Source: Cladosporium halotolerans
Lineage: Eukaryota
Assembly (NCBI RefSeq): GCF_011745625.1
Contig: NW_027191453.1
Span: forward strand, 434,001 to 498,000
Length of the DNA: 64,000 nt
Direction: 5' to 3'
Shown piece by piece: positions 11,671 through 22,387 of the stretch; within the stretch, counting starts at the first letter, position 1; every line of letters begins with the position of its first letter. The position numbers and the translations under genes were made by a program. The notes under the pieces are model-generated. The model did not search any database. It was not told the DNA's origin and was given only the letters and a program-made list of their open reading frames with translations.

Positions 11671-13877
11671 ATGGCGACCACTACCTATCTCCAACCATGG
11701 ACGTTGTCTGATCTTCACAAATCGGCCGCATTGGCTCAGGTGGTGCGAACGACACAGGCTGCCACGGTCGACGATGTCGTCGCCATAGCTGTTCTTGCGG
11801 TCCTCAGCGCTGTGTATCTCATGCAGGGTAGGCTGTGGGACCGGCCGGATCCTTACTTGTACAAGATGTACGAGCGACCACAGATCAAAGATTGTACAAA
11901 AACCGTGACTGTTGCTACGAGGGATGTTACAGAGAGAATGCGGCAAGTTGTAAGCACTTTCGGATTCGCAGAGCCCCAGTCCACACCAGCTGACCCGGGT
12001 CACAGGGAGCAGACATAGTCGTCTTCTGGGGCTCTCAATCTGGGACGGCAGAGAGGTTTGCCATCCGTCTGGCAAAGGAATTCAAGCAGCGGTTTGGCAA
12101 AGTGGCACTCGTTGCGGATATGTCAGATTACGAGTCCGACTCTATCGCGAAAATCCCAGACTCTAAAGTCGCTCTCTTCCTTCTGTCAACTTTCGGCGAA
12201 GGAGATCCCAGCGACAATGTACATGAGTTCTGGAGCTGGATTGACAAAAAGCGTGGAAAACCTCTCAACCAACTCCATTTCCTGGCTTTTGGGCTTGGTA
12301 ACAGCAACTACAAGCATTACAACGCTGTCATTGATCACGTTGTTGCCCGGATCAACGACCTTGGCGCCCAGGCTCTGCTACCTACTGGGCGTGCCGATGA
12401 CGTGAAAGGGGAAACAGAGGAGCATTTCTTGGAGTGGAAAAATCGTGCTCTCGCCACATTGAGAGACAAGCTCGGTCTTGAGGAGCACGACCCGGTCTAT
12501 GAACCATCTGTCAAGATTACCGAATGCACAGTTGCAGATGCAGCTGTTAAATACGGCGTTCCGCTCGAACAAGCTACTACCCGAGCGGCAGCCAGAATCA
12601 TCTCGCCTATCCACCCCCTCCAGGTCAAGTCATCGCACGAGCTCTTCAAGGTGACTGGGGATCGAAACTGCCTTCACATGGAGATCGATCTGAGTACCGT
12701 CACCGGTCTCAAGTACAAGACTGGAGATCACCTTGCTGTTTGGCCAATAAACCCCGATGCAGAAATCACCAAGCTAGTGCGCAGTCTCGGCCTTTCCAAC
12801 AAGCTAGACATCATTGCTACGATCACACCCATAGGAAGTGAAGCACAGTTGAAGCTTCCCGAGTCTGCACAACTCTCGTCTCTCTTTGCTCACTATCTCG
12901 AGATCACTGCCCCAGTTTCTCGAGATGTTGTTTCTACGCTAGTCGAGTTCGCACCAAATGAGTCGGCGAAAGAGCAACTGTTGGCCTTTAGCAAGGATGC
13001 AAAACTGTTTTCGGAATTCACCCATTCAAATTACATCAACCTCGGTCGCCTCTTGGAGTACGTCGACCCTGCAGCTGGTGCTTGGTCTTCGTTGCCTTTG
13101 TCATTGGTTGTCGAAGCCATCCCAGCTATGCGTCCAAGATATTACTCCATTTCCTCGTCATCGGTTGTCCAGCCGCGCCAGGCCGCAATCACGGCTGTGG
13201 TTTCTGACAGTCCGCTCGAGCATTCAAAGGGTAGCATACCAGGACTTGCTACCAACTACCTGCTCGCGCTAAATGGCTCCATTCAGCAGACGCCCTCGAC
13301 ACACCCAAGATCGATGAGCTATGCACTGAATGGCCCTCAAGTCTCCTTACAAAACGGCAAGATTTACGCTCACATCCGCAAGTCCCATTTCAAGCTTCCG
13401 GCAATTGCCTCTCGTCCAGTCATCATGGTAGCCGCAGGGACAGGTATCGCTCCCTTCCGTGCGTTCCTGCAGGAGCGAGCAACTCTTCTCAAAATGGGCC
13501 GCGAAGTTGGTCGGACAATTCTCTTCTTTGGTTGCCGCAACCAACACCACGATTTCATCTATGATGAGGAGATTCAAGAGACGGCCAATATCCTCGGGGA
13601 TGTTTTCAGTCTCGTCACTGCGTTCTCGCGGCCCGATCGAGGCGCGAAGGCGTACGTCCAAGATCGGGTCAGAGAGAACGCGGACGAGCTTTGCGACCTT
13701 ATGATCAATCATGACACCTATTTCTACATTTGCGGATCTGCAAATATGGCCCGAGAAGTTTCGAATGTGATCGGATCAGGATTGTCGGAGAGGCAAAACT
13801 GGAACGGTGAGCAGCTGAAAGCTTTCACAGACCGTCAAAAGAGGTCGAAGCGCTGGCAGCAGGATGTTTGGGGTTGA
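11671..13877 (+). CDS. NADPH-cytochrome P450 reductase (divergent, CPR2-type)
   Basis: N-terminal anchor (VVAIAVLAVLSAVYLM), intron ~11950-12005, FMN motifs FWGSQSGTAE / STFGEGDPSDN / FGLGNSNYKHYN, FAD motif RPRYYSISSS, NADPH motifs AGTGIAPFRAF and YICGSA, C-terminus QQDVWG. Confidence 0.92.
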
Positions 13878-14199
13878 CTTGGCACAAGAAGTGGTATTAT
13901 TTAGATGCACACGGGGTTATTCATTCAATTGTGATTCATGCAGCCGAAAGCGATAGTAATAAGTCCAATGTAGTCTCGTGACTAGTGATGTGCCACAAAA
14001 GAGCGGCTCGCCGGCCGGCCTAGCGAGCCATTTTGAGAAAGCGGATCCCAGGGCATTTGCCGCGGGGTAAACGCTCTCCTTTGGTCCTTATAGATCCTCT
14101 CTCCTACCATCATTCGCCTCGCGAGGGCTACGATGTCGCCGCTTGCTGCGGCACGAGCAAGTCTCACCTGGAAGCACGTGATCTTTGATTGAGGCCGCC

Positions 14200-16307
14200 A
14201 TGCGCAACGGGAAAGGTTGCCAATCATGTCGCAGGAGACAGTGGGTCCCAGGTCGTCTCTATCATCGTTTTTTGGTCGGTACTGATGAAGCCGTAGCATA
14301 AAATGTGTCACGGACCCTGGCTCATCTATCTGCTTGCGGTGCAAGGAAAGTAGACGAGTGTGCGTATTCGACCCTCAGTTTCGCTTTAAGGAGGTTCGCC
14401 ACGTCGACACCGCGTCTCAAGGCTCGCGATCTCGGACGCATCTCATTTATGAGGATGATCAGCGCTGGGTTCCGACCCGCGAGGCTGTCGGTTTCATTCT
14501 GGAAGATGGTGCCGGCGCCGAGTATGGTACCGCCGACTTCATCGAGCAAGATGAGCGGCCTCGCGCCTCTGCCGAGATGCCGCGGTATACAGAGGCTGCA
14601 TCTCCTCTCCGTACCCGAGCGCCATCTATTCCTGCAACCCTATCATTGGAAGATAATGCAGAGACTGTCGTCGTCGAAGAAGACAATTTGGCACCGGAAT
14701 CGGGGGTACCATCTGGGCCACCAGCACGCTCACCTGCCGATGCGTCCTGGCAACAACAATCGGACCGGCATAGCGAAGTTGGGAGCCGTCGAAGTGATGC
14801 AGTACGACCGCGTACGAGATCATCTGTTGCTGAAGACTACACTTCCCCTGCATCCTTGTCAGAGCTGTCTCGCCGACATGAAGGCGGCCGACGACTGATA
14901 TGGGGAACAGGCGAGGATGGTTTTTTGGTTGGCGAGAGCACGCATCCAAGCCCGGATGTTGTTCTTTCGGGTGATTTCGCTACCACGGCGGCAGCCAATC
15001 TATCACATCGCGAAGCTCTCTTAATGCAGCATTTCATACAGAAACTAGCGCCGTGGGTACGTAAGTAGATCACGTTGTAGAGAGTTCCCAGGCTGACCAT
15101 CTAGATTGATTGCTGCGACCGTTATTGCCACTTTGCCCAAGAGGTTCCGAAGCGAGCACTCCGCGTCCCTATGGTTTTGTACGCTATACTTGCACTGTCA
15201 TCACGGCACCAATCCCTCATGTCTGCTTATGATGAGCTAGAGGCCTCTTACTACCATGGGCATTGCTTAGAGATGGTCATCAAGACACTGTCTCGGCCAG
15301 AGTCATCCTACGACGACAACCTCTTCGCAACGATCATTTGCTTGCGGCTTTATGAGGAGCTCGACGAAGAAGTAGACGACTTCCTCCACCTCCAAGGCAT
15401 TGGGCGCTTACTTAGTGCCATGCCAGCTTTCGCTCATTCGGGCGGCCTAGCTGAAGCTGCTTCGTGGCAAGCCTTGCGTCAGGACATATACGTGGCACTG
15501 AACAACAAGATACCGCCGAGTTTCGACTTAGACAACTACGGCCGGTCTCGTGTGTTCGACTTCCGCGATGACGGCGCGTGTGCAAACGTGATCATTCTGC
15601 TGTTCGCAAGAATCCTTCAGTTGATCTTTTCGCCGAGCGCTATCGCCAACTTTGGGGCGTGGGATGAGATTGAGCGCAGTCTCGCGGCATGGGATGTGCA
15701 GCGTGCGCTCATCTTCCAGCCGCTGTTCGCCAAAGATGCGGATCCCAATCAAGATCAGCCTTTCCCGGTGATCCGGCTAATCAATCCTGCGCAAGGTGAA
15801 GATGTCTCCTTCAGACTGCCAACACACATATTGATGTTTTCACAGTCGTCGCATTGCAGTACTTCGAAGCATGTCTCGTTCTTGTGCGCCAACACAAACC
15901 TCCTGATAAGACTTTGACTGGATTCGAAGCGGTCAAGGAAAGGAGGAATACAGAGGTAAGAAACTTCGTCCAATCCCTGACGGTGAGCGCTGACACTGTG
16001 ATCAGCGTGAGCTCATTGCCGCCCTACTCGCTGTCGTTGGGCTTGCGGAATCGAATCCCTCGGTTGAAAATGCGAACTTCACAGCCCACCATTTACTAAA
16101 GAGCAGTGAGTTTCGTTCATGTACCATTAAGTCATGGTGGTCTAAAGCTGAAATGAAATAGGCGGCTACCACATCAGTAATCAGGTTCAACGAGAGCGCA
16201 GTATCAGCATTCTCCGCCACTTTCAAGAGGTCATGGGGTATCGGACGCATTCGACGATAACTCTGCTTCGTAGCCAATGGCAGGATCTCGACGGTTCCGT
16301 GGAATAG
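14200..16307 (+). CDS. Zn(II)2Cys6 transcription factor with fungal-specific TF domain
   Basis: Intron 14241-14296 splits MRNGKGCQSCRRRH|IKCVTDPGSSICLRCKESRRVC (six Cys); downstream LMQHFIQKLAPW|IDCCD, YAILALSSRH, LAEAASWQALRQDIY; further introns near 15057, 15796, 15956, 16106; stop at 16305-16307. Confidence 0.88.
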
Positions 16308-16562
16308 CTCTGAACAATCAAATCAACTCAATAGTTCATTAAAATGGATGGCATCAAACAGCCGATGGATCAATCCCTCTGTCCAAATGCTCCGTAATTT
16401 GATCAGCAAGAATTGAAAAGACAATCGTAAATAAGATTATACTTGTGATCATTGCTGTCAAAAGACTCGTCTAGCCCGAACTCCAGCTCACTGTACGCCG
16501 TCCCAAAGACGACCCTGTTATCAAAAGCTATTGGATCTCAACCATCAGACCCACTGGAGGCC

Positions 16563-18107
16563 CTAAAGCTTCTCACTCAACCTCTCCCTCCGCCTTATCA
16601 TGACCGGCAGCTCCGTCAAGTGCAGGTTCTGCCACTCATACCGCCCAGGCTCGAAACCAGGCCGGGCAAACTCAAAGTCGTATCTGTGTAGCATGCTCGC
16701 CAACAACACAGTCTGCTCGAGGTATGCAATGTTGCGGCCGATGCAGCCACGTGCACCAGCAGAGAACGCGATGAAGTACGGACCGAGCTCCTTGCCTTCC
16801 TCCCCGAGCCAGCGCTCCGGGTCAAAACGCTCGGGCTCCGGGAAGACGACCGGGTCGCGGTGGGCGATGAACGCGCTAACAGCGACGGTCGTGTCGCCTG
16901 CGATGAAGTCGCCAGCCACAACGCTGCCTTCAGGCGGAGTCGTGCGCGTGAGACCGTGCGAAATAGGCGGGAAAAGGCGTAAAGACTCGTCGAGGCAGGC
17001 GCGGAGGTAAGGCAGATGCTTGACGGTCTCGTAGGGCGCGACAGCCTCGTCCTCGTCGAGCGCCTCGTCGACCTCCGCACGAACCTTGGCCATGCACTCC
17101 GGGTGCTTGATCAGCTGATACATTGCGTTAGCCATGGAGATGGCGGTCGTGGTGCTTCCGGCGTTCATCATGATGGTGATCTCGGCGACGATCTCGCCCC
17201 ACTCGAGGTTGTGCTCGGCACCGCTGCGGTCGTGCATCAGCGCTTCGAAGAAGTCGTCCAGCTTCTCGCCGGCTTGGTAGCGCTTCCAGCGCTCTGCGGC
17301 AAGGTAGCGCGGAATGCCGTCCCAGCCTTCGTTGAGCTTCCAGAGCTTGTTGAAGTAAGGGTCTATTTTGCTGATCTTGGTGAGGCGCTGGAACCAGTCG
17401 TATGAGTAGGAGAGGACCGAGGTCGCCTTTGAGTTGGCGTACAGGCAGTCACGGAAGTCGACTTCGTGGAGCGAGCCGTCCGGACGCATGGAGGTTGTTT
17501 TGGCGCTGCCATTGTCGAGGAAGTTCATGCGGTGCGTGAGGCCGATGTCGGCAATGGCATCGATGGTGAAGAAGTTCGTCCACGGTCGATAGTCGATGGC
17601 AATCTCATGCTCTTTGGTGGAGCATCGCTTGTCAAATTGGGCGATCAAGCGTTCGATCTTGTCGGCAACCTTGAACTCCCAGTCCTCAAGGTTCTTAATA
17701 GCGTACGCAGATGACAGCACCTTTCGTTTCCGTGCATGCTCGGGCTTGTCTACCACATCGGCGAGATGGTAGTGAGTGCCGGCCTGTACAACGTAGCTAC
17801 CGTCCTTCGTGCACTTCGAAGCATGTCCGTAAACGTCCTTGATTGCGCGCATGTCGCTGACGGAGATGGAGTTTGGTCCAGTGCGGATGATCGGGACTCC
17901 TCGCGAGTGCAATTCGTAGAGTCTATGTGAGCGGAAGTTCTTGTGTGAAAGGAGCATGTAGGGGATGTTGGTGATTCCTGCGAAGGGCGCGAAGTTCGGA
18001 TAGCGTCGAAGACCTTTGGGGTCTTTGAAGTAATCGAAGCTCCATTTGCCCAGTGTGATGACGATCCCAAATACAATGGCAAACGCTCCAAACAGAAACC
18101 CATACAT
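16563..18107 (-). CDS. Cytochrome P450 (benzoate 4-monooxygenase-like clan; possibly CYP630 family)
   Basis: Intronless 514 aa; N-terminal TM, I-helix NAGSTTT, ESLR (ExxR), PERFDPERW, heme motif FSAGARGCIG. Family assignment is from memory, not from a search. Confidence 0.93.
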   Translation of the reverse strand: MYGFLFGAFAIVFGIVITLGKWSFDYFKDPKGLRRYPNFAPFAGITNIPYMLLSHKNFRSHRLYELHSRGVPIIRTGPNSISVSDMRAIKDVYGHASKCTKDGSYVVQAGTHYHLADVVDKPEHARKRKVLSSAYAIKNLEDWEFKVADKIERLIAQFDKRCSTKEHEIAIDYRPWTNFFTIDAIADIGLTHRMNFLDNGSAKTTSMRPDGSLHEVDFRDCLYANSKATSVLSYSYDWFQRLTKISKIDPYFNKLWKLNEGWDGIPRYLAAERWKRYQAGEKLDDFFEALMHDRSGAEHNLEWGEIVAEITIMMNAGSTTTAISMANAMYQLIKHPECMAKVRAEVDEALDEDEAVAPYETVKHLPYLRACLDESLRLFPPISHGLTRTTPPEGSVVAGDFIAGDTTVAVSAFIAHRDPVVFPEPERFDPERWLGEEGKELGPYFIAFSAGARGCIGRNIAYLEQTVLLASMLHRYDFEFARPGFEPGRYEWQNLHLTELPVMIRRRERLSEKL

Positions 18108-18621
18108 GATTGCAGAAGCGGATGCGAGAAGGTTGTTGAGGAACGTAAGAAACGAGAGATTAGCAGCCTACCTCTGCTTTATTCTCTCTCAGCCAACAAG
18201 GTCCACTTGCCAGTGCCTTCAAACGCACACGCACTCTTGCCTACTACTTTTGATCGTCAAAGAGGTTGTTAAGGCCGCGGTCAGATTGTTTCCAGATCGA
18301 GCACCGTGATCGTCCACTTCGTCGTGGGGAAGGCGGGCGTGGCGGGGGAGGGCGTTCAAAGAAAGTGTGGGGATGCTGGCGGGCCAAATTTCCTCTATTG
18401 AACGCGAGCAGCAAGCAGTTCCAAGAAGCCCGAGACATGGACTCTAGGTACTCTGAGGTGGCTGATGGTAATTCTGCCCAGCCGGCATAGGACCGCTCCT
18501 CTTGATAGGAAGAAGGGCTCGGGTATCACATTATGCAGATTTTGGGTCTCGTCTTGGGAAGAAGCAACGTCTTTGGTTGTTTAACGGGGTATCGTGACGA
18601 CGTATGTCCGAATAGAACTCC

Positions 18622-20400
18622 TTAGTCCTCGCTATGCTCCACTCTCACTCCATCTTCGGTAGCTAGAGCCTTTTTCCAAGCGCTCTCAAAGCCACTGTCT
18701 GCTGAGTCCTGGGGTTTCTCTTCGGGCACGGCTACGTCTTTAGGCCCCGATGGTGCAGCTTCTGCGACGACCTTCTCCAAAACTGGGGCAGGAGTCTCAT
18801 CTTCGATAAATGTTTCCTGCTTCGACTCGCGGGATTGGGCTGCCGGTGCAGCTCTGGCCGAGTCATCACCTTCCGCGAGCTCGTACTCCAGGTTGCTCGA
18901 ATAGATGACCGCGGCAAACGCTTCGAGGTCATGGACTTGATCCATGGCGGCCATATACTCGTTCCGCCCAGACTCTTCCGGCGCGATACCCGCCAAATTC
19001 TCGAGCTCGCTGGTGCTCACCATGGCGTGGGCCTGTCGGCAAAAGACAGGTAGGATGTGGGCGATCTTACATTTGTTGACCTCCTCCACCTCCGCCACCC
19101 GAGGAGCATCAGCAGTAGGAATGCCACCAGTCTTGAATGCCTCCATGCCGACACGGTGGTCGATCAGGTTGGAGAAGCCGGCGTCAAGCAAGCGCGTCAA
19201 GACAAAAGAAAATGTTGGGGAATCGATGAGGTCAGAAGTCTCATCTAGCAACCTCCGCAGGGCTTGGGTGATCTCCCCATCAGCAGACATCGGATCCTGC
19301 GCTTCAAGGTCCTCTGGAGAAGGAGACTCGTCGCTGTCGGAGATTCCGGCCTGTCTGATCACAAATTGCTCATCTTCTTGCGGCGGCAGCAGATATGAGA
19401 GCCATCTCATCTGGCGACGCTCTTCGTCGGTCGAACCCTCGATGCTCTTTCTTACTTGCATGATCAATTCGGCCAGTCGGTCCATAGTGATATCCTCTCT
19501 GATGTTGACCGCGCCGAAAACGTCTTTGACAGTTGAAGTAACACGTTCCATGATTTGCTTGCTCCCACGGTGCAGAAGCCACCAGCTGAATGTGAGGTAT
19601 TTGCGGTTTGTCTCGAAGTCATTTCCATAGAAATTATCGAAGTTATCGTCGTCTCTATTCTCGAGAGAAATCGTGGATGACTGCGTGTTCGCTTGAGGGT
19701 TGGCCAGGCTGACGACAGAAGAAAGGTAGGTGCGTCGTCCAAGCAGGTTGAGCTGAATGCGTGTAAGGATATTAAGAAGGGATATGGTGTAAAGTAGGGT
19801 CAGTGCTCGTGTGACAGCTTGAGGGCGTGTTAGCAAACGCAGTGTACCCTAACATTGTTCGGGCCTTACAGTTGATCTTCATGTCCTGCCAAAGCTGTGC
19901 CTTGCTGCGCTTTGGTTTGAGGCCGCCATCGCTGCTCGCCATCTGGCTGGCATGAACGAAGCTGCCGCTGCTGGCATCATCGGTCACACTGGGTGGTACG
20001 GATGGATATTCTGACGATGCCGCCTCCGATTGTCCTAATCTCTTCAATCTCTCTTGTCTCTCCTGTTGCAGCTGCTCGGTAATCTGTTCGACCGGGAGGG
20101 CGCTAATGATCTCGTCGCGGACGGTAGGAAGCAATGCTAGGACGGTGTAGGTGCAATCTTCCTGGTTCTGTTCAAATCGGCGCCGCAGACTGGGCCAGTA
20201 TTAGCCCCAGGCCGTATGAGCTTGTGTTCAATGTGAGCATACTTCTCCTTCGATATGCGCTCCTCGCTCATGCGCTGTCGCGCCTCTGAAATCTTTCCTA
20301 GCACATACTGTCCAGCGAGGTAGCCCGCGCCGATAACGCCGGCACCAATGGCGAGGTTTGTGCGGTTGCGTCGAAACCAGCGACGCGTAGCGGCAATCAT
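18622..20400 (-). CDS. PEX3: Peroxin 3
   Basis: MIAATRRWFRRNRTNLAIGAGVIGAGYL..., ENLRRRFEQNQEDCTYTVLALLPT, LTRIQLNLLGRR, YLTFSWWLLHRG; introns 20190-20242 and 19818-19869. Confidence 0.93.
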
Positions 20401-20533
20401 TGCAGCATCGAGGGTCGGAGGTGCGTCTTCAGTAGGATTCGCGTGGTGTTAAAGGAGGTCAATGGTGGCTTGAGGGCTCATGTATCAGATGCTATGGAAG
20501 GGCTCTGGATGACGCGGGCGTGTGGCCGGGGCA

Positions 20534-20691
20534 CCGAGGCCGAGGCAAGTCAGTCGGCGGTCGCGTTTGCCGATCTCTCGGGCTGGGAGCGCTTCCACCG
20601 CAGCGAGCGCAGCACCATTGCTGACATCTCCTCCTCGTTGCCGCAACTCTAAAGCGAGAGGCTAGGCAGCTCGAAAGACGCTCTACCTCGG
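20534..20691. promoter_or_regulatory. Three FarA/FarB-type CCTCGG (CCGAGG) sites upstream of PEX3
   Basis: CCGAGG at 20534-20539 and 20540-20545 (tandem), CCTCGG at 20686-20691; 130-290 bp upstream of the PEX3 ATG. Confidence 0.55.
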
Positions 20692-21513
20692 CGCGATCAT
20701 GCCAGCCGTTCAAGCATGTGCATCTTGAAGGAGGTATGGCCTTGCAATAGCTTTTGCGTAGTCAGCTGGGCTGGAGAAAGACGGCGTTACAAACACGCCA
20801 GCCTTACCTGCTTCTCACGTAACGAAATCAACAACAACAACGCGTTTCGGCCGGACTCGCAGACATCAATTATATGCTACTGCTACGGAGAGCAGAACGA
20901 TTAAAGCACGACACCTGCAGAACGAGCAATTCATACTCAAATGTAAGGCAGGTCTGCGCTTTCCGTGTGCCCTTCTACATGCAAGAAGTCGCCGGCAAAG
21001 CGTGACTATCGCCACATCAACAAATGGGGCCTTAGCCGAGCTGTGGAGTGCTGTTCCTGCGATGGATGATCCTACTCTATCTACTGTCTGCCTCTAGGAC
21101 TGCTTGCGGGCCAGCCGACACGTCGTCGTCCCTCGTCGGCAACCCCAAATTGGTAACCAAGACCGCTCCCGCACGTGACCTGACCACATTAGGTCGTGCC
21201 GCTCGTGGTATATGACCAACCTATTCAAACTTAATGGCTCTCATTCGCTGTCATGTGAATCTGTGATCGTCTTGGGAAGCAGTCTGTGCCCTTGACGTAT
21301 CGGCGAAGTCCTCAGTCGGGCATTTAATATGAACCTATTGACGTGGGCGGCGGAGTAGCAATGACATATTAAGGGTGTCTCCCATGGATGGCTCATGTGG
21401 ATTCAGATCACTTTCACACTTCAGTCTGCCTCCAGCAAATCGTTTCGCAAGCTATTCCATATTTTCAGACAGAAACGACTTCGCCTGTGAGCCTTGCGTC
21501 CGAGCAATTCAAC

Positions 21514-22134
21514 ATGATCGGTTCACCTCTTGAAGCACATCCCTTGAGGAGCTCTTCATGCAGATCATCAGTCTCACAAAACGACGATATCGATGGCCCT
21601 CCCCCATACGTAGCTCAGCAAGCACCGCCGCCATATCTTCCTCGGACTCCTAGTACCAGAACACCGCAGCCCCGTACGAAATCGATACCCTTCAGCACTG
21701 GAGTCAGTATCGAATGGGACCATACGGCACCTCCATCATCAGAAGACATCATCATCGTCACAGTCCGTGTCAACAAGCTAGGCCGCAGGCTCTCATTCGA
21801 CGATCCTTTGCCAGAGCGGTAAGTCCTCTCACGTACGAGACATCCCTCACTGTGCCCTTGACCTTTGAGCTGAACCACATCCAGTCCAGCGCAACGAGGC
21901 TTCTTTCGCCGCCTTAGTTCAAGGATAATGTGCGACGACCGATGTGACAATTTGAGGGTTGTAAGGATGCCTCGCGGCGAGTACGAGCGCCATCACAAGC
22001 GCGATAAGGATGGAAACTATGCTGGCACCGAGCCACGTCAGGACTGGGACGATGCCATGATTGCCTCCGCGTATGGACGATACCAGCATACCACGTTGGG
22101 CGGGCTGTACCAAAACGCCGCGATGCGGTACTGA
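21514..22134 (+). CDS. Small hypothetical protein, 2 exons
   Basis: MIGSPLEAHP...PPPY...PPPY...LPER joined by an intron (GTAAGT at 21819 ... TTAG near 21917) in frame to SRIMCDDRCDNLRVVRMPRGEYERHHKRDKDGNYAGTEP...; start could also be 21388. Confidence 0.55.
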
Positions 22135-22387
22135 TAGGCGGAAGTCGTGCTCGCCAACTCCTATCTTTCCCTGGGTAACATTTTTGAGCGGCCATCATTT
22201 TGTCGGAGGAGGTGGTGAGTCACGCCGATCCGTAGTCATCATAACGACACGAAATTGTGTTTAACGGCGTTTCCAAAACACTTGACTTTTCCATTATTAT
22301 CGTTTATCTTTCACTGACTCACAGTCTTTTCCATCACCCAAATTATTTAATCTGCTGGAATTTCCTCTCTTCGACAAAAGCTTCAAC

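Noticed and set aside
16563..16577. P450 C-terminus ...SEKL as a peroxisomal PTS1, given PEX3 next door
   Set aside because: The tripeptide is EKL rather than SKL-type, and the protein has an N-terminal ER anchor.
11556..18593. CGG(G)RTATC-like words upstream of CPR (11556) and CYP (18520, 18585) as the cluster TF site
   Set aside because: Short, inconsistently spaced and likely by chance; needs a multi-species motif search.
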